The position numbers were made by a program, and so were the translations under genes. A DNA stretch of 64,000 nucleotides. It comes from Octopus sinensis (Eukaryota). Position 1 is the stretch's first letter. Each line of letters opens with the position of its first letter. Of this stretch, positions 13,639-25,816 are shown in pieces. The stretch covers positions 133,176,001-133,240,000 of the forward strand of contig NC_042999.1 in assembly GCF_006345805.1 (NCBI RefSeq), written 5' to 3'. The notes below the pieces were generated by a model. It was not told the origin of the DNA, did no database searches, and saw only the letters and a program-made list of their open reading frames with translations.

Positions 13639-14000
13639 TGAGTAACATATATAAATATATATATATATATATACATATTTCAGTCATTAAACTGCGGCCA
13701 AGCTGAGGCACCACACACAAACACACACACACACACGTACGTGCGTATATCAAAGTATTAAGTAAAATGCTGAGAACCATAAAATGTAAAAGGAAAAAAG
13801 GAAATCCAAGTCAGTATTGTTTCAGTTATAGTTATTACTTTCATTGTCATCTCTGCTGTGTCTGCTTTATGCTCTTCTTCTTCTTCATCATCAGATATTT
13901 CTTCACTATATTAAACTGTTTCTGGACGTCACTAAAAAAAAAAAAGAACGAAAAAAGATTAGAATGTCTTTTATAATGAAAGCAAAACTTTTATTTTATA

Positions 14001-14040
14001 CTAGCTTAAAAGTCGTACTCCGTGCGGACTTTTGAGCTAG
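14001..14040 (-). mobile_element. Possible Helitron 3' terminus (hairpin plus CTAG)
   Basis: ctagcttaaaagtc...gacttttgagctag palindrome; same layout as 54552 and 55876. Confidence 0.4.
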
Positions 14041-14084
14041 CTCTAGTTAACTGGGCCTGCGGCCTGAAACTAAGGGGGTATAAA

Positions 14085-14340
14085 AAAAATAATAATAAAT
14101 GCGCCTTTTTAAGAGCCTAGCGAGGCTCATGACCCCGTTTTCTATTGCGCATGTGTTCCCCAGCTGGACGCAACGCCAGTCCATCGCAGCGTTACTCATT
14201 TTTGCCAGCTGAGTGGACTGGAGCAACGTGAAATGAAGTGCTTTGCTCAAGAACTCAACGCGTCGCCCGGTCAAGGAATCGAAACCACAATCTTACGATC
14301 ATGATGCTGACATCCTAACTACTAAGCCACGCGCCTCCAC
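14085..14340 (-). mobile_element. SINE family C with 13-bp TSD
   Basis: Head gtggaggcgcgtggcttagtagttag...ggtttcgattcc; TSD aagggggtataaa at 14072-14084 and 14341-14353. Confidence 0.9.
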
Positions 14341-14756
14341 AAGGGGGTATAAATAGCATTACTATAATACGTCTATTATGTCTATATGCCCTGGTGGTGT
14401 TTCAACAGAGGTTAAGGATGGATGAAAATTAGTTCGGTAATGTAATCATTCTATCATTCCAGTCCCAAGTTGAATTCCAACTGTCGGCCAATTTGTCCCA
14501 AAGTTCTTATGTCAACGAAGCAAAAGCCATTTATCTCTCCATTGATCTCTGACGTCACCGGACAAGCACCACCTAGATGGTGTGAATTAGCCAAGCTTTA
14601 CCAGCTAGAAATAACAACCCAAGTGCTTTTAAATCGAATCCCAATGCTGGATGTTCAAGAACCAAATGGCGAGCAGATTTTCAATCCTGGGATCATCCTG
14701 ATTCCAAAAAGGTACAAATCAGGAATCTCAGACGGACAGACAGAATTTCGCTTTTA

Positions 14757-15128
14757 TTATTACCTCCACTTTAGCGAAGGCGGAGGTATTGTTTTCAATC
14801 GCGTTTGTTTGCTTGTTTGTTTGTCCGTGGACAAGATATCTTAATAACCGCTTGATGGATTCGGATGAAACTTTCAGGGATGTTTGGCCTCGTGACTGGC
14901 ATCAACTGATTAGATTTTGGTAATTGATCGGGTACGGACAAGAAATATGGACTATTTTTCCAGTTTTTTTTTTTTTTTTTACTTAATTTTTGAGAGTGGT
15001 CGGGTTCATTTTTAGTATTCTTGTTTGAGAGAGCAGTCGAGTTTATTTCAGATATTCTCATTTTAAAAATCATCGCCGGCTAATCGTTGAGAAGATGTCA
15101 GTGTTGCTTTGGTGGAGGTTTGCGCCCT
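14757..15128 (+). mobile_element. Helentron-associated non-autonomous element (HINE/DINE-1-like)
   Basis: ttattacctccac...ggcggaggt 5' hairpin, (gttt)n microsatellite, 3' subterminal ggtggaggt; an internal piece recurs inverted at about 13110-13175. Confidence 0.6.
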
Positions 15129-15447
15129 TGTTATATATGAAACTTTCTGTGGTGATAATTGCCAGAAAAGTATGTGAATTAGCAAAACCAGAACCAAATG
15201 CAGCAAAATACCTTTGTTTATTCCAGTGGGGTTATACATCCACACAGACGCGCGCACACACAGAGGAGCGAGTTTTGGTAATTATGATAAATCATTTAGA
15301 GGCAGAGATAATTTTTAATGAATCAAGAATTTATATGGTATGGTATTGGATGTTCCTATATCTGCCTGTCTATATAATTTATAAACATGCAACTGGCCGT
15401 TAAGAGTAACTTCCGCGTAGACCATTTTGTTTATATATACACATATA

Positions 15448-16033
15448 CAGGCACATGCGTAACTGTGTGGTCAGAAGCTTGCTTCTCAACCACACGGTTC
15501 TAGATTTAGTCACACTGCATGGTATCTTTGGCAAGTGTCTTCTACTATAGCCTCGAGCTGACCAAAGCCTTGTGGGTGGAGATTTAGTAGACGTAAATCG
15601 AAGGAATTCTGTCGTTTAAATACCCTTCCCCATAAATATATATATAAACAACTTATAAACAAGGGCAAAAGAAAAAATTCTAATGCCAAATATGCCGAAA
15701 ATAGACAAAATGTCAATAACCATATAATTTAACACTATAAACACGCGTTTCGAAGCAAGCCGACAGAAATTTCTAAAAAAATTCCGTTATTATCGTATCG
15801 GTCCCAATTTCAGAGCTAATTTATAAAAATTTTCTCCTCGTCACCTACGTAAGACATAAATGAAATACTTACTCATACCACGGAAGAAGGAAGCACTAAG
15901 TCATGAGCATTAGAATTTTTTTTCTTTTGCCCTTGTTTATAAGTTGTTTATAAATTTAACCTTTAAAAGGTATTTTTTAATATGCTGGCCATTGATAAAA
16001 TTTTCTTCGAAAAATTTTATCCTATATTAGATG

Positions 16034-16095
<62 letters not shown>

Positions 16096-16350
16096 CATGT
16101 ATATGTCTATGTGTGTGGTGTTAGTGTGTCTATGTGTCTTTGTGCCCGTGTGTGTCCAGCCTACCACCACCGTTTGACAACCGGTATTGTTGTGTTTATG
16201 TCCTCGTAACTCAATGGTTCGGCAAAAGAGACCGGTAACAGGATTTTTTTAAAAATTAGTAGTGTAATCGACTTGTTCTACCAGAATGTTTTCGAGCTGG
16301 TGCCCCAGCATAGCCACAGGCTAAGGATTGAAGTCAAAGAATAAAGGAAT
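15448..16350 (+). mobile_element. SINE family A split in its internal microsatellite by a fold-back element
   Basis: 5' half 15448-15615 and 3' half 16130-16350 flank the 15642-16031 insert. Confidence 0.75.
15642..16031. mobile_element. Fold-back Penelope-like element with degenerate hammerhead (minus strand, about 15735-15848)
   Basis: About 45-bp IR 15642-15686 / 15907-15952; inner gTGACGA-ggag...cttc-GAAAC-gcgt-GTT; tail aatatgctggcca...tatcctatattaga shared with 20711-20762. Confidence 0.6.
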
Positions 16351-16499
16351 GTGTAGTGTGTGTGTGTGTGTGTGTGTAAGTATGGGTACAGCACCCACGA
16401 CTTGTTTGCAATTGTTAGGCTATTGAATCAGTCATGTACTTGACTGGTACTTTAAGGTTGTAGGTTGATAAAATAGGTTATAATATTCTTTAGCTGTTT

Positions 16500-17695
16500 C
16501 GTTGTAGAAACGTCAGCCCATCGGGTAAAATGCCTAGCGACATTTTTTCCGGATTTGTACGATGTGAGTTCGAATTCTGTCGAGGTAGACCTTGGGTTTC
16601 ATTCTTCGGGGTATCATGAAATAATTTCCAGTTGATCGACGTTTTTTCTCCTCCAAATTGCTGGCCTTATGTCAAAATTTGAAGCCATTATTGTTATTAT
16701 CATTTACGGCGGTGAGCTAGCAGAAACGTTAGCACGCCGGGCAAAATGCGTAGCCGTATTTCGTCAGCCGTTACGTTCTGAGTTCAAATTTTGCCGAGGT
16801 CGACTTTGCCTTTCATCCTTTCGGGGTCGATAAATTAAGTACCAGTTACGCACTGAGGTCGATGTAATCGACTTAATCCGTTTGTCTGTCCTTGTTTGTC
16901 CCCTCTGTGTTTAGCTCCTTGTGGGTAGTAAAGAAATAGTTATTTCGTCTGCCGCTACGTTCTGAGTTCAAATTCCGCCGAGGTAGACTTTGCCTTTCAT
17001 CCTTTCGGGGTCGATTAAATAAGTACCAGCTACGCACTGGGGTCGATGTAATCGATTTAATCCGTTTGTCTGTCCTTGTTTGTCTTCTTTGTGTTTAGCC
17101 CCTTGTGGGTAGTAAAGAAATAGGTATTTCGTCTGCCGCTACGTTCTGAGTTCAAATTCCGCCGAGGTAGACTTTGCCTTTCATCCTTTCGGGGTCGATT
17201 AAATAAGTACCAGCTACGCACTGGGGTCGATATAATCGACTTAATTTGTCTTGTGTGCCCTGTTTGCCCCCTCTGTGTTTAGCCCCTTGTGGGTAGTAAA
17301 GAAATAGGTATTTCGTCTGTCTTTATGTTCTGAGTTCAAATTCCGCCGAGGTCAACTTTTTGCCTTTCATCCTTCCGGAGTCGAGAAATTAAGCACCGGT
17401 TGCATACTGAGGTCGATCTAATCGACTGGCCCCCCTCCCGCAAAATTTCAGGCCTTGTGCCTAGTGTAGAAAAGGTTATTTAAGGCGGCGAGCTGATACA
17501 ATCGTTAGCATGCTGGACGAAATGCGCAACGGTGTTTCACCCGTCGCTACGATCTGTGTTTAAATTCCGCCGAGGTCGACTTTGCTTTTCATCCTTTCGG
17601 GGTCGATAAATTAAGTACCAGTCGCATGCAAAGGTCGATCTAATTGACTGACCCCACTCCCCAAAAGTTTCAGACAGAAAGGATTATTATTATTA
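16500..17695 (+). mobile_element. SINE B cluster including a concatemer of three tail-1 units ending in a tail-2 body
   Basis: About 185-bp units joined at aagaaatag|(g/t)tatttcgtc near 16939, 17122 and 17308. Confidence 0.9.
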
Positions 17696-17806
17696 TTAGG
17701 AGTAGTAGTTGTTGTTGAAATAGTAGCAGTACGAGTGAACTTGCGCATGAAGCTCGTATTTGGTATATTTTTGTTGGCGATGTACTTAACGAGTATAACT
17801 ATATGG

Positions 17807-17863
<57 letters not shown>

Positions 17864-18294
17864 AGTATTTATTATCATGTATGTATATAGATATGAATGT
17901 GTGTACTTTTAAGTGGGTATTTGTATGTGTGTATAACAACAACAACGACAAGGGATAACTACGTAAGATGTTTCAAGCGTATAGCAAAACGTCGTCACAA
18001 ATTTTCGCCGGTCACAAATAAAATGATGCTAAATACAAAACGACAGAAGTAAAATTGATGACCGATCGCCTAATTAGTGAGTCAACTTTCTACTATTTAA
18101 AAAAAATTTCTTACACGTTATTCTTATTCCAGAGACATATTAACCATCAGAGCCAGAGGTTATTCGAGTTAATTGATTTAAGCATTTAAGTGTTATCACA
18201 TGTATATCGAAACCCGGTTGAGGTCCAGCAATTTCGAGTAATACACACACACGAAAAAACAAAAAAAGAGAAGCAATCTAGGAAATACAAATAT

Positions 18295-18802
18295 GGGTTT
18301 CAAGGTTTGGCACGAGGCCGGAAGTTTCAGGGCTAGAGGCTAAGTCGATTACATCGATCCTTCCCGCCTTAATTTATCGACTCCGAAAGGATAAAACGTG
18401 AAGTTGACCCCGGTGGCATTTAAATTCAGAACGTGAAGATAGACGAAAAATCGCTAAGCATTTCGACCGGCGTGCCAAGGATTCTACCAGCTCGCCGCTT
18501 TAATAATAATAATCGTTTCTACTAAAGGCTAGCCATTTCGGGGAAGGGGATAGGTCGATTGCATTGACCCCAGGGCTCAACTGGAACTTCTTCCATCGAT
18601 TCGGAAAGGAGGAAAGGCAAAGTTGACCACGGCAAAATTTAAACTCGGAACGTAGTGACGGTTGGAATACCGCTAATAATAATTATAATTCTCTCTACGA
18701 AAGGCACAAGACCTGAAATTTGCAGGGAAAGGACTGGTCGATTACATTGACCCCAGTGTTTCACTGGTACTTAATTTATCGATTCTGCCGGCACGCCGCC
18801 TT
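18295..18802 (-). mobile_element. Three tandem decayed SINE B (tail-2) copies
   Basis: Repeated family body separated by (AAT)n tails. Confidence 0.75.
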
Positions 18803-19520
18803 AACAACAACAATAACAACAAGAATCTTTGAATATATAATCGAAGGTGGCATGATGAAATTGTATCATAGATTCGTTATATGCAAAATTTTTAGGTTGA
18901 CTGTGCAAGAAATTCTACACAAATATCACCAATATATTATAAAGTATTGAAGTTATTTGAATCGATTAAGTTGAAAATTATAAATGTATAAGAGAAAAAA
19001 ATAGAGAGAAAATAAATCTTATTATAAATGATATTTCAATATATTGATAATGACTGAATATAATTTAGAAATATGAGATTGCTAAACACAATTTTTAGTT
19101 TTTCTTTTTATGCACTATATAATATACGTGTAAAAGAAGTACGTGAAAAATACGCTCGCTATTCAGTCTTTGTTATTGTTTTTTTTTCATGGCTAACATT
19201 TGACAAATATATTGACTATTCATTTTAGGATGATTGCAGCAGCAAAGCTGATGCAGCTTAGAAGTACTTTCTAAAGTCATATCTAGTGTTTTGTTGGGGT
19301 ACTGCTTTAAAAGGTTTAGTCGAAGTACTAGCCATGAAAATTTGTGGTCCTTTCTGACGAGAGGTCTGACAATGGAATCGATTAGTTGTGGATATGTTTC
19401 GATGTCGCGAGCGCATATTTGTGATGTACAGAGGAGCTTATTCTAGTGTATGTATACATACACACACACACACACACACACACATACATGCATATATATA
19501 TATATATATATATATATAAG

Positions 19521-19628
19521 CGAAGGGTGTATGAAAAGTCTTGAACTTCAAAAAAAACAAAACATGATACAAGACTTCTGATGAAGGCACAAGAATTCAA
19601 GGCTCAAAACTTTTCATACACCCCCTCG
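19521..19628. mobile_element. About 108-bp mariner-type MITE
   Basis: TIRs cgaagggtgtatgaaaagtcttga / tcaaaacttttcatacaccccctcg. Confidence 0.7.
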
Positions 19629-19748
19629 TTTATATGAAATTAAGTGTTTTGATCAAGAATACAGCTCATCGCCCAGTTCAGCAATCGCTACCATAATCTT
19701 ATGATGATCACTAGTGCAACACTCCAACTATTATGCCATGCACCTCCA

Positions 19749-20215
<467 letters not shown>

Positions 20216-20216
20216 A

Positions 20217-20762
20217 CTGAGAAATAGATTTTAAATCGTCAATCACCACATATAATATATATCCTATATTAAAAATAAATTTATTACCATTCACTTCGGG
20301 ACTGGTGACCACACTAAGTTGTGGTTCCTGACCGATTACACGTGTGCTGAGTCTCGCTACGGAATTTATATTTAGATATATCTGGGGTACTTTTGTGTAC
20401 ACATGAATTTTGCTTCTGCTTTTTTTCCATGGGTGCTTGTAAGTATTTGATTTATTTCCTGTCGTATTCTCTGTTGATCAGGTGAAAAATCCATTGGATT
20501 AATCCCGAAATTGATCAATACAGAAATAACGCATTAAAAAAAATTCTGCTAGCTTGCTTTCCTCGATTCTGAACGATGTGTATTTTATAGCGATGTATAT
20601 TGTATGCGGTTATTGACGATTTAAAGTCTATTTCTCAGGATATTGGCATCGACTTTTTTTCTTTTGCTCTTATTTATAATTGCCTATAATTTTCACCTTA
20701 AATGAATTTTAATATGCTGGCCACTTAATGAATTTTTTGAAAAAATTTTATCCTATATTAGA
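20217..20762. mobile_element. Fold-back Penelope-like element with degenerate hammerhead (+, 20470-20524)
   Basis: About 52-bp IR 20217-20269 / 20587-20638; inner tctg-tTGATcA-gg...cc-GAAAT-tgatca-ATA-caga; flanked by microsatellites on both sides. Confidence 0.6.
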
Positions 20763-20821
<59 letters not shown>

Positions 20822-20823
<2 letters not shown>

Positions 20824-21345
20824 ATCAGGGACGATGGTCAGTGAGAAAATCAGAAAAACGGGAAAAGACGTGAAGAGAGTTGGTGCAAAAAATGGTACGA
20901 GAAAAGAGGAACGAAACCAAGAATTACGTTCCACGACCTCCCTGATTGCAGAAAACTCATTAAATACAATTGGTTTAGAATACAATAACAGAAAATATGT
21001 CTATGTCTGCAAGACTCAATCCGGAGCAGGTGGTGTCCTCCAATTCGACAAAAGAAACCTGTCCATATGTCTACACCTACTAAAAAATTTCAGATCTCGA
21101 ATTAAGCAGTGTGTTACAATTGGTGGATTGAAGATGAAGAAGAATACGAGATCTTTCTGCTACGAATAAATAGCCTTTCTTTGATCCATTAACATATGGT
21201 CTCGATGTTGCTACTATTCCCAACTTAATTTATGTGGTGTGGAGCTGCTTTTCATATTCTATACTATGTGTCTGAAAGAATATAAGTGGTTTGCATAACG
21301 TATCTTGAATTCGCCCTCAAATAACCCTATGTAATTCTTTTTTCA
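20822..21345 (-). pseudogene. Penelope-like element: GIY-YIG endonuclease C-terminal fragment plus 3' region
   Basis: Minus strand reads KNYIGLFEGEFKIRYANHLYSFRH...KLSW..VATSRPYVNGSKK...LLNSRSEIFSRCRHMDRFLLSNW, a typical PLE GIY-YIG pattern; ends ccctgatg next to (TA)n. Confidence 0.85.
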
Positions 21346-21442
21346 GTTAATTTGTCTTAGAGTGTATGTATGTATATATTTGTGTTTGTGTGTATGTGTG
21401 TGTGTGTGTGCGTGTGTATGTGTATTTTATATATGTATACAT

Positions 21443-21572
21443 GACGGGCTTCTTTTAGTTTTCGCCTACGAAATCCACTCACAAGGCTTTGGTCCAGCAG
21501 GGGTTATAGCAGAAGACACTTAAGCCACATGGTCGAGAAGCACGCTTCATAACCACACAGCCAAGCCAAGCC
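21443..21572 (-). mobile_element. SINE family A, 5' half, decayed
   Basis: Similarity to 3537-3700. Confidence 0.75.
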
Positions 21573-21791
21573 TATATATAATAAACTGACTCTGATAATA
21601 TGGAATGTAAAATTATCTTCTTCAAAGAAGAATTTTCATTGATAAAAATATTACTACACGTACCTGATACTTGGGCTGAGAATTCTGTTGATTTCGTATC
21701 TCTGAATGTTTCCAAGGTCTTACTGTTTCATATGAACCAGATTCTCGAAAAATAACCATAAAGCACTGTACTGTTTAAGTTATCAATTCCT

Positions 21792-22531
21792 TTACGGTAA
21801 AGATTCAATGTCAAGTGGCTCTAACTTCCTAATGTGGAATGGAAGCGGTTTATGGAAACGACTTTTATTCCAGAAGAAACCGAAAGTATATGGCTGGGTA
21901 AAAATGTCTTCGTCTTCAGCAGCTAATTTAGGGATAGAAATTTTTGTTCTAAATTTGCTGGCATCAAGCGGTCTGATAGCGCGTAATTCAACTGCCAAAG
22001 CCGGTTTCAGATCTATGAGTTCTGTTATAAGTTCATCTTTAATTACTTGAATTTCATCCGAATGTATAAGTTTCAGATCTCGTTTGAGTTTTTCGAATAA
22101 ACAACTATCCTTGCCGCCGTAGTTTCTCTCAGTTCCCGCAATCTTTTCCATAAGTTCATTTTTGTTATATTTTGTAATGGATCGATGTTCGTAGATTGAA
22201 ACGAAACCATCTGTTAGTTTTTCATTCTTGTTAAGCCTTGCAAGCTTAGTAATTCGATCCATCTGACTTCTTCTAGTGAATTTGCAGAAAAAGAACCATC
22301 GAAAAATAATATTCTCAGGGGTACGAAACAGAGTTGAGAAACGCTTCAAAATTCGGTGAAATTTGGGATCCATCAACTCTTCTTTGATTTCTTTCAATCT
22401 CCAATAGACATATTTTTGGTTGGCGATATCTTGTTCAACTTCACGTCTGTTTTCTTCGGGAAATAATCCATTGATGGCCAAGATGTCAGTTAAAGGGCCA
22501 CGAGTTTTGTAGAGCTGCTTACGCCTTGTAC
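21792..22531 (-). CDS. Probable terminal coding exon of an uncharacterised host protein (about 246 aa)
   Basis: Stop-free, complex, charged sequence (GTRRKQLYK...LEPLDIESLP*). Candidate acceptor tataattatacaag|gt at 22532/22531; alternative in-frame ATG at 22553. The upstream 65 codons of the listed ORF are mostly microsatellite. Confidence 0.7.
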
Positions 22532-22633
22532 CTTGTATAATTATATAGGACATACTTTCAATTATCATCATAATCAAAATAACAATAATGCAATATGCTG
22601 CTGCTGCTACTACTACTACTACTACTACTACTA

Positions 22634-22708
<75 letters not shown>

Positions 22709-22711
<3 letters not shown>

Positions 22712-23388
22712 TCCTTTCTACAATAGGCACAAGGCCTGAAATTTTGGGGAAGGGGACTAGTCGATTACATCGAGTCCAGTGCTCAGCTGGTACTTAATTT
22801 ATCGACCCTGCAAAGATAAAAGACAAAGTCGACCACGGCGGAACTTGAACTATAATAATAATCGGTGCAAGGTGCCAATTCTACAATATTGAGACTGAAA
22901 CAGTGGATGTAAAGTTTTAGCTCTAGCAGAATATAAATAGAGACATGGCTAAGTTATCCAATATCTACACTGGTTGATGTTAGCACGCCAGGCAAAATGG
23001 TTTGCAGTGTTTCGTGTTCAACTGGTACTTGTCTTATCGTCCCCGAATACCTGAAAGGCAAAGTCGGCCCCAGCGGAATTTCAATTCAGAACATGAAGAT
23101 TGCTTGGCGGCATTTCGTTCTGTTTGCTAACAATGTTGACACCTCGCCGCCTTAATTATAATAATAACAATCCTTCTTACTGTAGACACAAGGCTTGAAA
23201 TTTCGGGGGTGGTGGAACGTGTCGATTATATCGACCCTAGAACATGACAAAGATTTATTTTATACGCCCCGAAAGTATGCAAAGCAAAGTCAACCTCGAC
23301 GGAATTTGAACTCAGAACGTAAAGACGGATGAAATGCCCCGAAGCATTTTGCCCAGCGTGCTAACCATCCTGCCATCTCGCCACCTTA
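22709..23388 (-). mobile_element. Cluster of decayed SINE B (tail-2) copies with expanded (TAA/TAC)n tail from 22595
   Basis: Family body repeated about three times. Confidence 0.75.
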
Positions 23389-23849
23389 ATTATGCTAATG
23401 ACAACAACAATAATTCTTTTAATCATTTCTACGCGGACCATTTTAGTACATATTTCAACAACACGAATGTCACAGAAATGCGGGGAGATGGACAAAGCCA
23501 TATAAACCATGGTGTGGGTTGGAACTTTGGTTATTATACAACAATATTTTAAGGACATTTTAAAGATTTAATATAAATTAAACACATTGAAAAATAGATA
23601 CCCTTCTATAACACCATATTTTAAAAATTAATAGTAACACCGTTCTCATTATCGCCACCGTAACGTTGAGTGAGTGACATTACAAAACGAATTATATCAA
23701 GTATAAAGACAATCCTGAAAAACAACAAAAAGGAATATACAAAGAAATAAAATATATTACCATGACATGGTCTCTATAGGTTGAACCCCTGCCTGTCGCC
23801 TATTAGACAACCTGCCATGAATCTCAGATGTCTTCGACAACGAAAATTA

Positions 23850-24560
23850 AGTGCCCACCTCCATTATTCGGTAGATAGCCTACAGTAGCATATCAAGGCA
23901 AATCCTATCCACCCATATCAAGTAGGTCGCTCTCCCCACGCCGATTCTCTACATTTTACTTCGAACTTAAGAGATACATGCAAAGCTTGAGGTTCTTAGT
24001 CTACCACATTACCTCTTTCATCATTGCAACTAAGTAGAAGAAACTACCAGTTTCTCTGTATCAACGAAAACGTCCTTGCTAGAACAAGATGACAATACCT
24101 CCAGGACGGACTCTGCTGACAGTGATATCCATTCTAGTTGCGAGAATGGCTTTTGGATATAACTGCACAAGTTATCGATAACCTAACATTGAATGGATGC
24201 ATGGTGATCGGATTTCCTAACGTTGGTATTAGATTGACATTTTACCCCTGGAATCCGTCTTTTCTATAAGAAATGGAAAGGTAGAGGACCGGATCTGGTC
24301 AGAGGTAAAATGGAAAAAGACAAACGGTTAGCAATAGCTTTCGCTCAGCTTATTTCTGTGTGAGACTGATCACAATATTTGTAGTCTCTTCCTATTTCAT
24401 ATCACTTGAACATTTGGATAAAAGCATACTGCAAGAAACTTAGGCGGACACTCGGCTCAACCAATGATGCTGACCTCTATGGAGTAGCGTCTCTAACAAT
24501 CGAGTTAAAGGTCTTAAGTCTTGTTCATATTAAAGATTGCTCCCATTAACAATTTGATTT
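23850..24560 (-). pseudogene. Possible decayed L1/Tx1-like LINE 3' region
   Basis: Fragmentary translation ...LVAMMKEVMW*TKN...; weak resemblance only. Confidence 0.25.
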
Positions 24561-25149
24561 CTCTCAGTGTCGTGCTAACTACTGCTAACCACTTTGATTT
24601 CAGATTTTCTAGAACATAAGAGTAACAATGACTATTTAGACATAATATTTATGTGTTCAGTACTAGTAAATGCCCTTCAGCATATTTGTATTCCGCAGCA
24701 GTGTTTCTCGGACCTAAACGTGCAGAAACAAGGAAATGAAGCACCTGATATAATCATCTACACCGCTCAAATATTAGACACCGTAATACAAAATGCATCC
24801 AACCTCTTTCAGGAGTTGGTTAGTTATGACAGCTGCAAGATAATGATAGTCGATCTACTTTTAGTAAAACCTTAGTGAAGCCAGATTTGTTATCAGGCTC
24901 TTATACGAAGTATCATACCAAGCAAAGTTTGTCTTGGATTCACCTATTGCAAATCGCGCAGGTTTTTGCAGCATCGGCAATACAACTTACCATATGATGA
25001 TAAAATGGACCAAATGGAGTACAAAGTAACAATACTTCAACAATAGAAAATAAGAAGTCTTTTCTCCAAACCATTACAGTATCGGATTTTAATCTTACTT
25101 TAAACAATTTCAGAACTGCGAACGACTGGATATTAACAACATCCTAATA

Positions 25150-25472
25150 CCATGAATGTTAACAATATCCATTATTTTTTATGCTTGTCGTTTGGTATAC
25201 TTTACTTCTAAGCAAATGATCCTTTAACACTCTTAATCCAGACCAGATGCTTAGATGGCTCCTTGCTTATAGGACAACGACGACTGCAAGAAAGATAAAT
25301 GAAGGAACTTTCTTAATATCGTCCCAGCATTTGTCTGCCAGTAATCTACAAGCTGTTCTCCAAAGTAATTTCCAATTAGATGAATAAACATTTGCTAAAT
25401 TACAATATAGTTCCAGTAAAGCAGAAAAGGATTTTGTCCAGGTCCTCCAGAACAATCAACCAGTTCCTTGTT
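25150..25472 (+). pseudogene. Non-LTR reverse transcriptase fragment, R4/Dong-like (RLE group)
   Basis: ...CLPVIYKLFSKVISN*MNKHLLNYNIVPVKQKRILSRSSRTINQFLV matches the RT pattern RPIxCLPxxYKL...NNILPxEQKG...TKDQLL. Confidence 0.65.
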
Positions 25473-25475
25473 AGT

Positions 25476-25750
25476 AAATAAGTACCAGTTACGCACTGGG
25501 GTCGATATAATCGACTTAATCCGTTTGCCTGTCCTTGTTTGTCCCTTCTGTGTTTGGCCCCTAGTGGGTAGTAAAGAAATAGGTATTTCGACTGTCTTTA
25601 CGTTCTGAGTTCAAATTCTGCTGAGGTCGACTTTGCCTTTCATCATTTCGGGCTCGATAAATTAAGTACCAGTCGCATACTGGGATCAATCTAATCGACT
25701 GTCCCCCTCCCCCAAAATTTCGAGTCTTGTGCTTAGAGTATAAGAGAAAG

Positions 25751-25816
<66 letters not shown>
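25476..25816 (+). mobile_element. SINE B dimer (5'-truncated tail-1 unit joined to a tail-2 body) plus (ATT)n
   Basis: Junction aagaaatag|gtatttcgac near 25582. Confidence 0.85.

Noticed and set aside
16745-17470. Regular repeated units resembling a CRISPR array or satellite
   Set aside because: Units are whole SINE bodies with no unique spacers; eukaryotic context and no cas genes.
22532-22730. N-terminal poly-I/S/V/A extension of the 312-aa ORF
   Set aside because: Derived largely from the expanded trinucleotide tail of a SINE B copy; in frame by chance.
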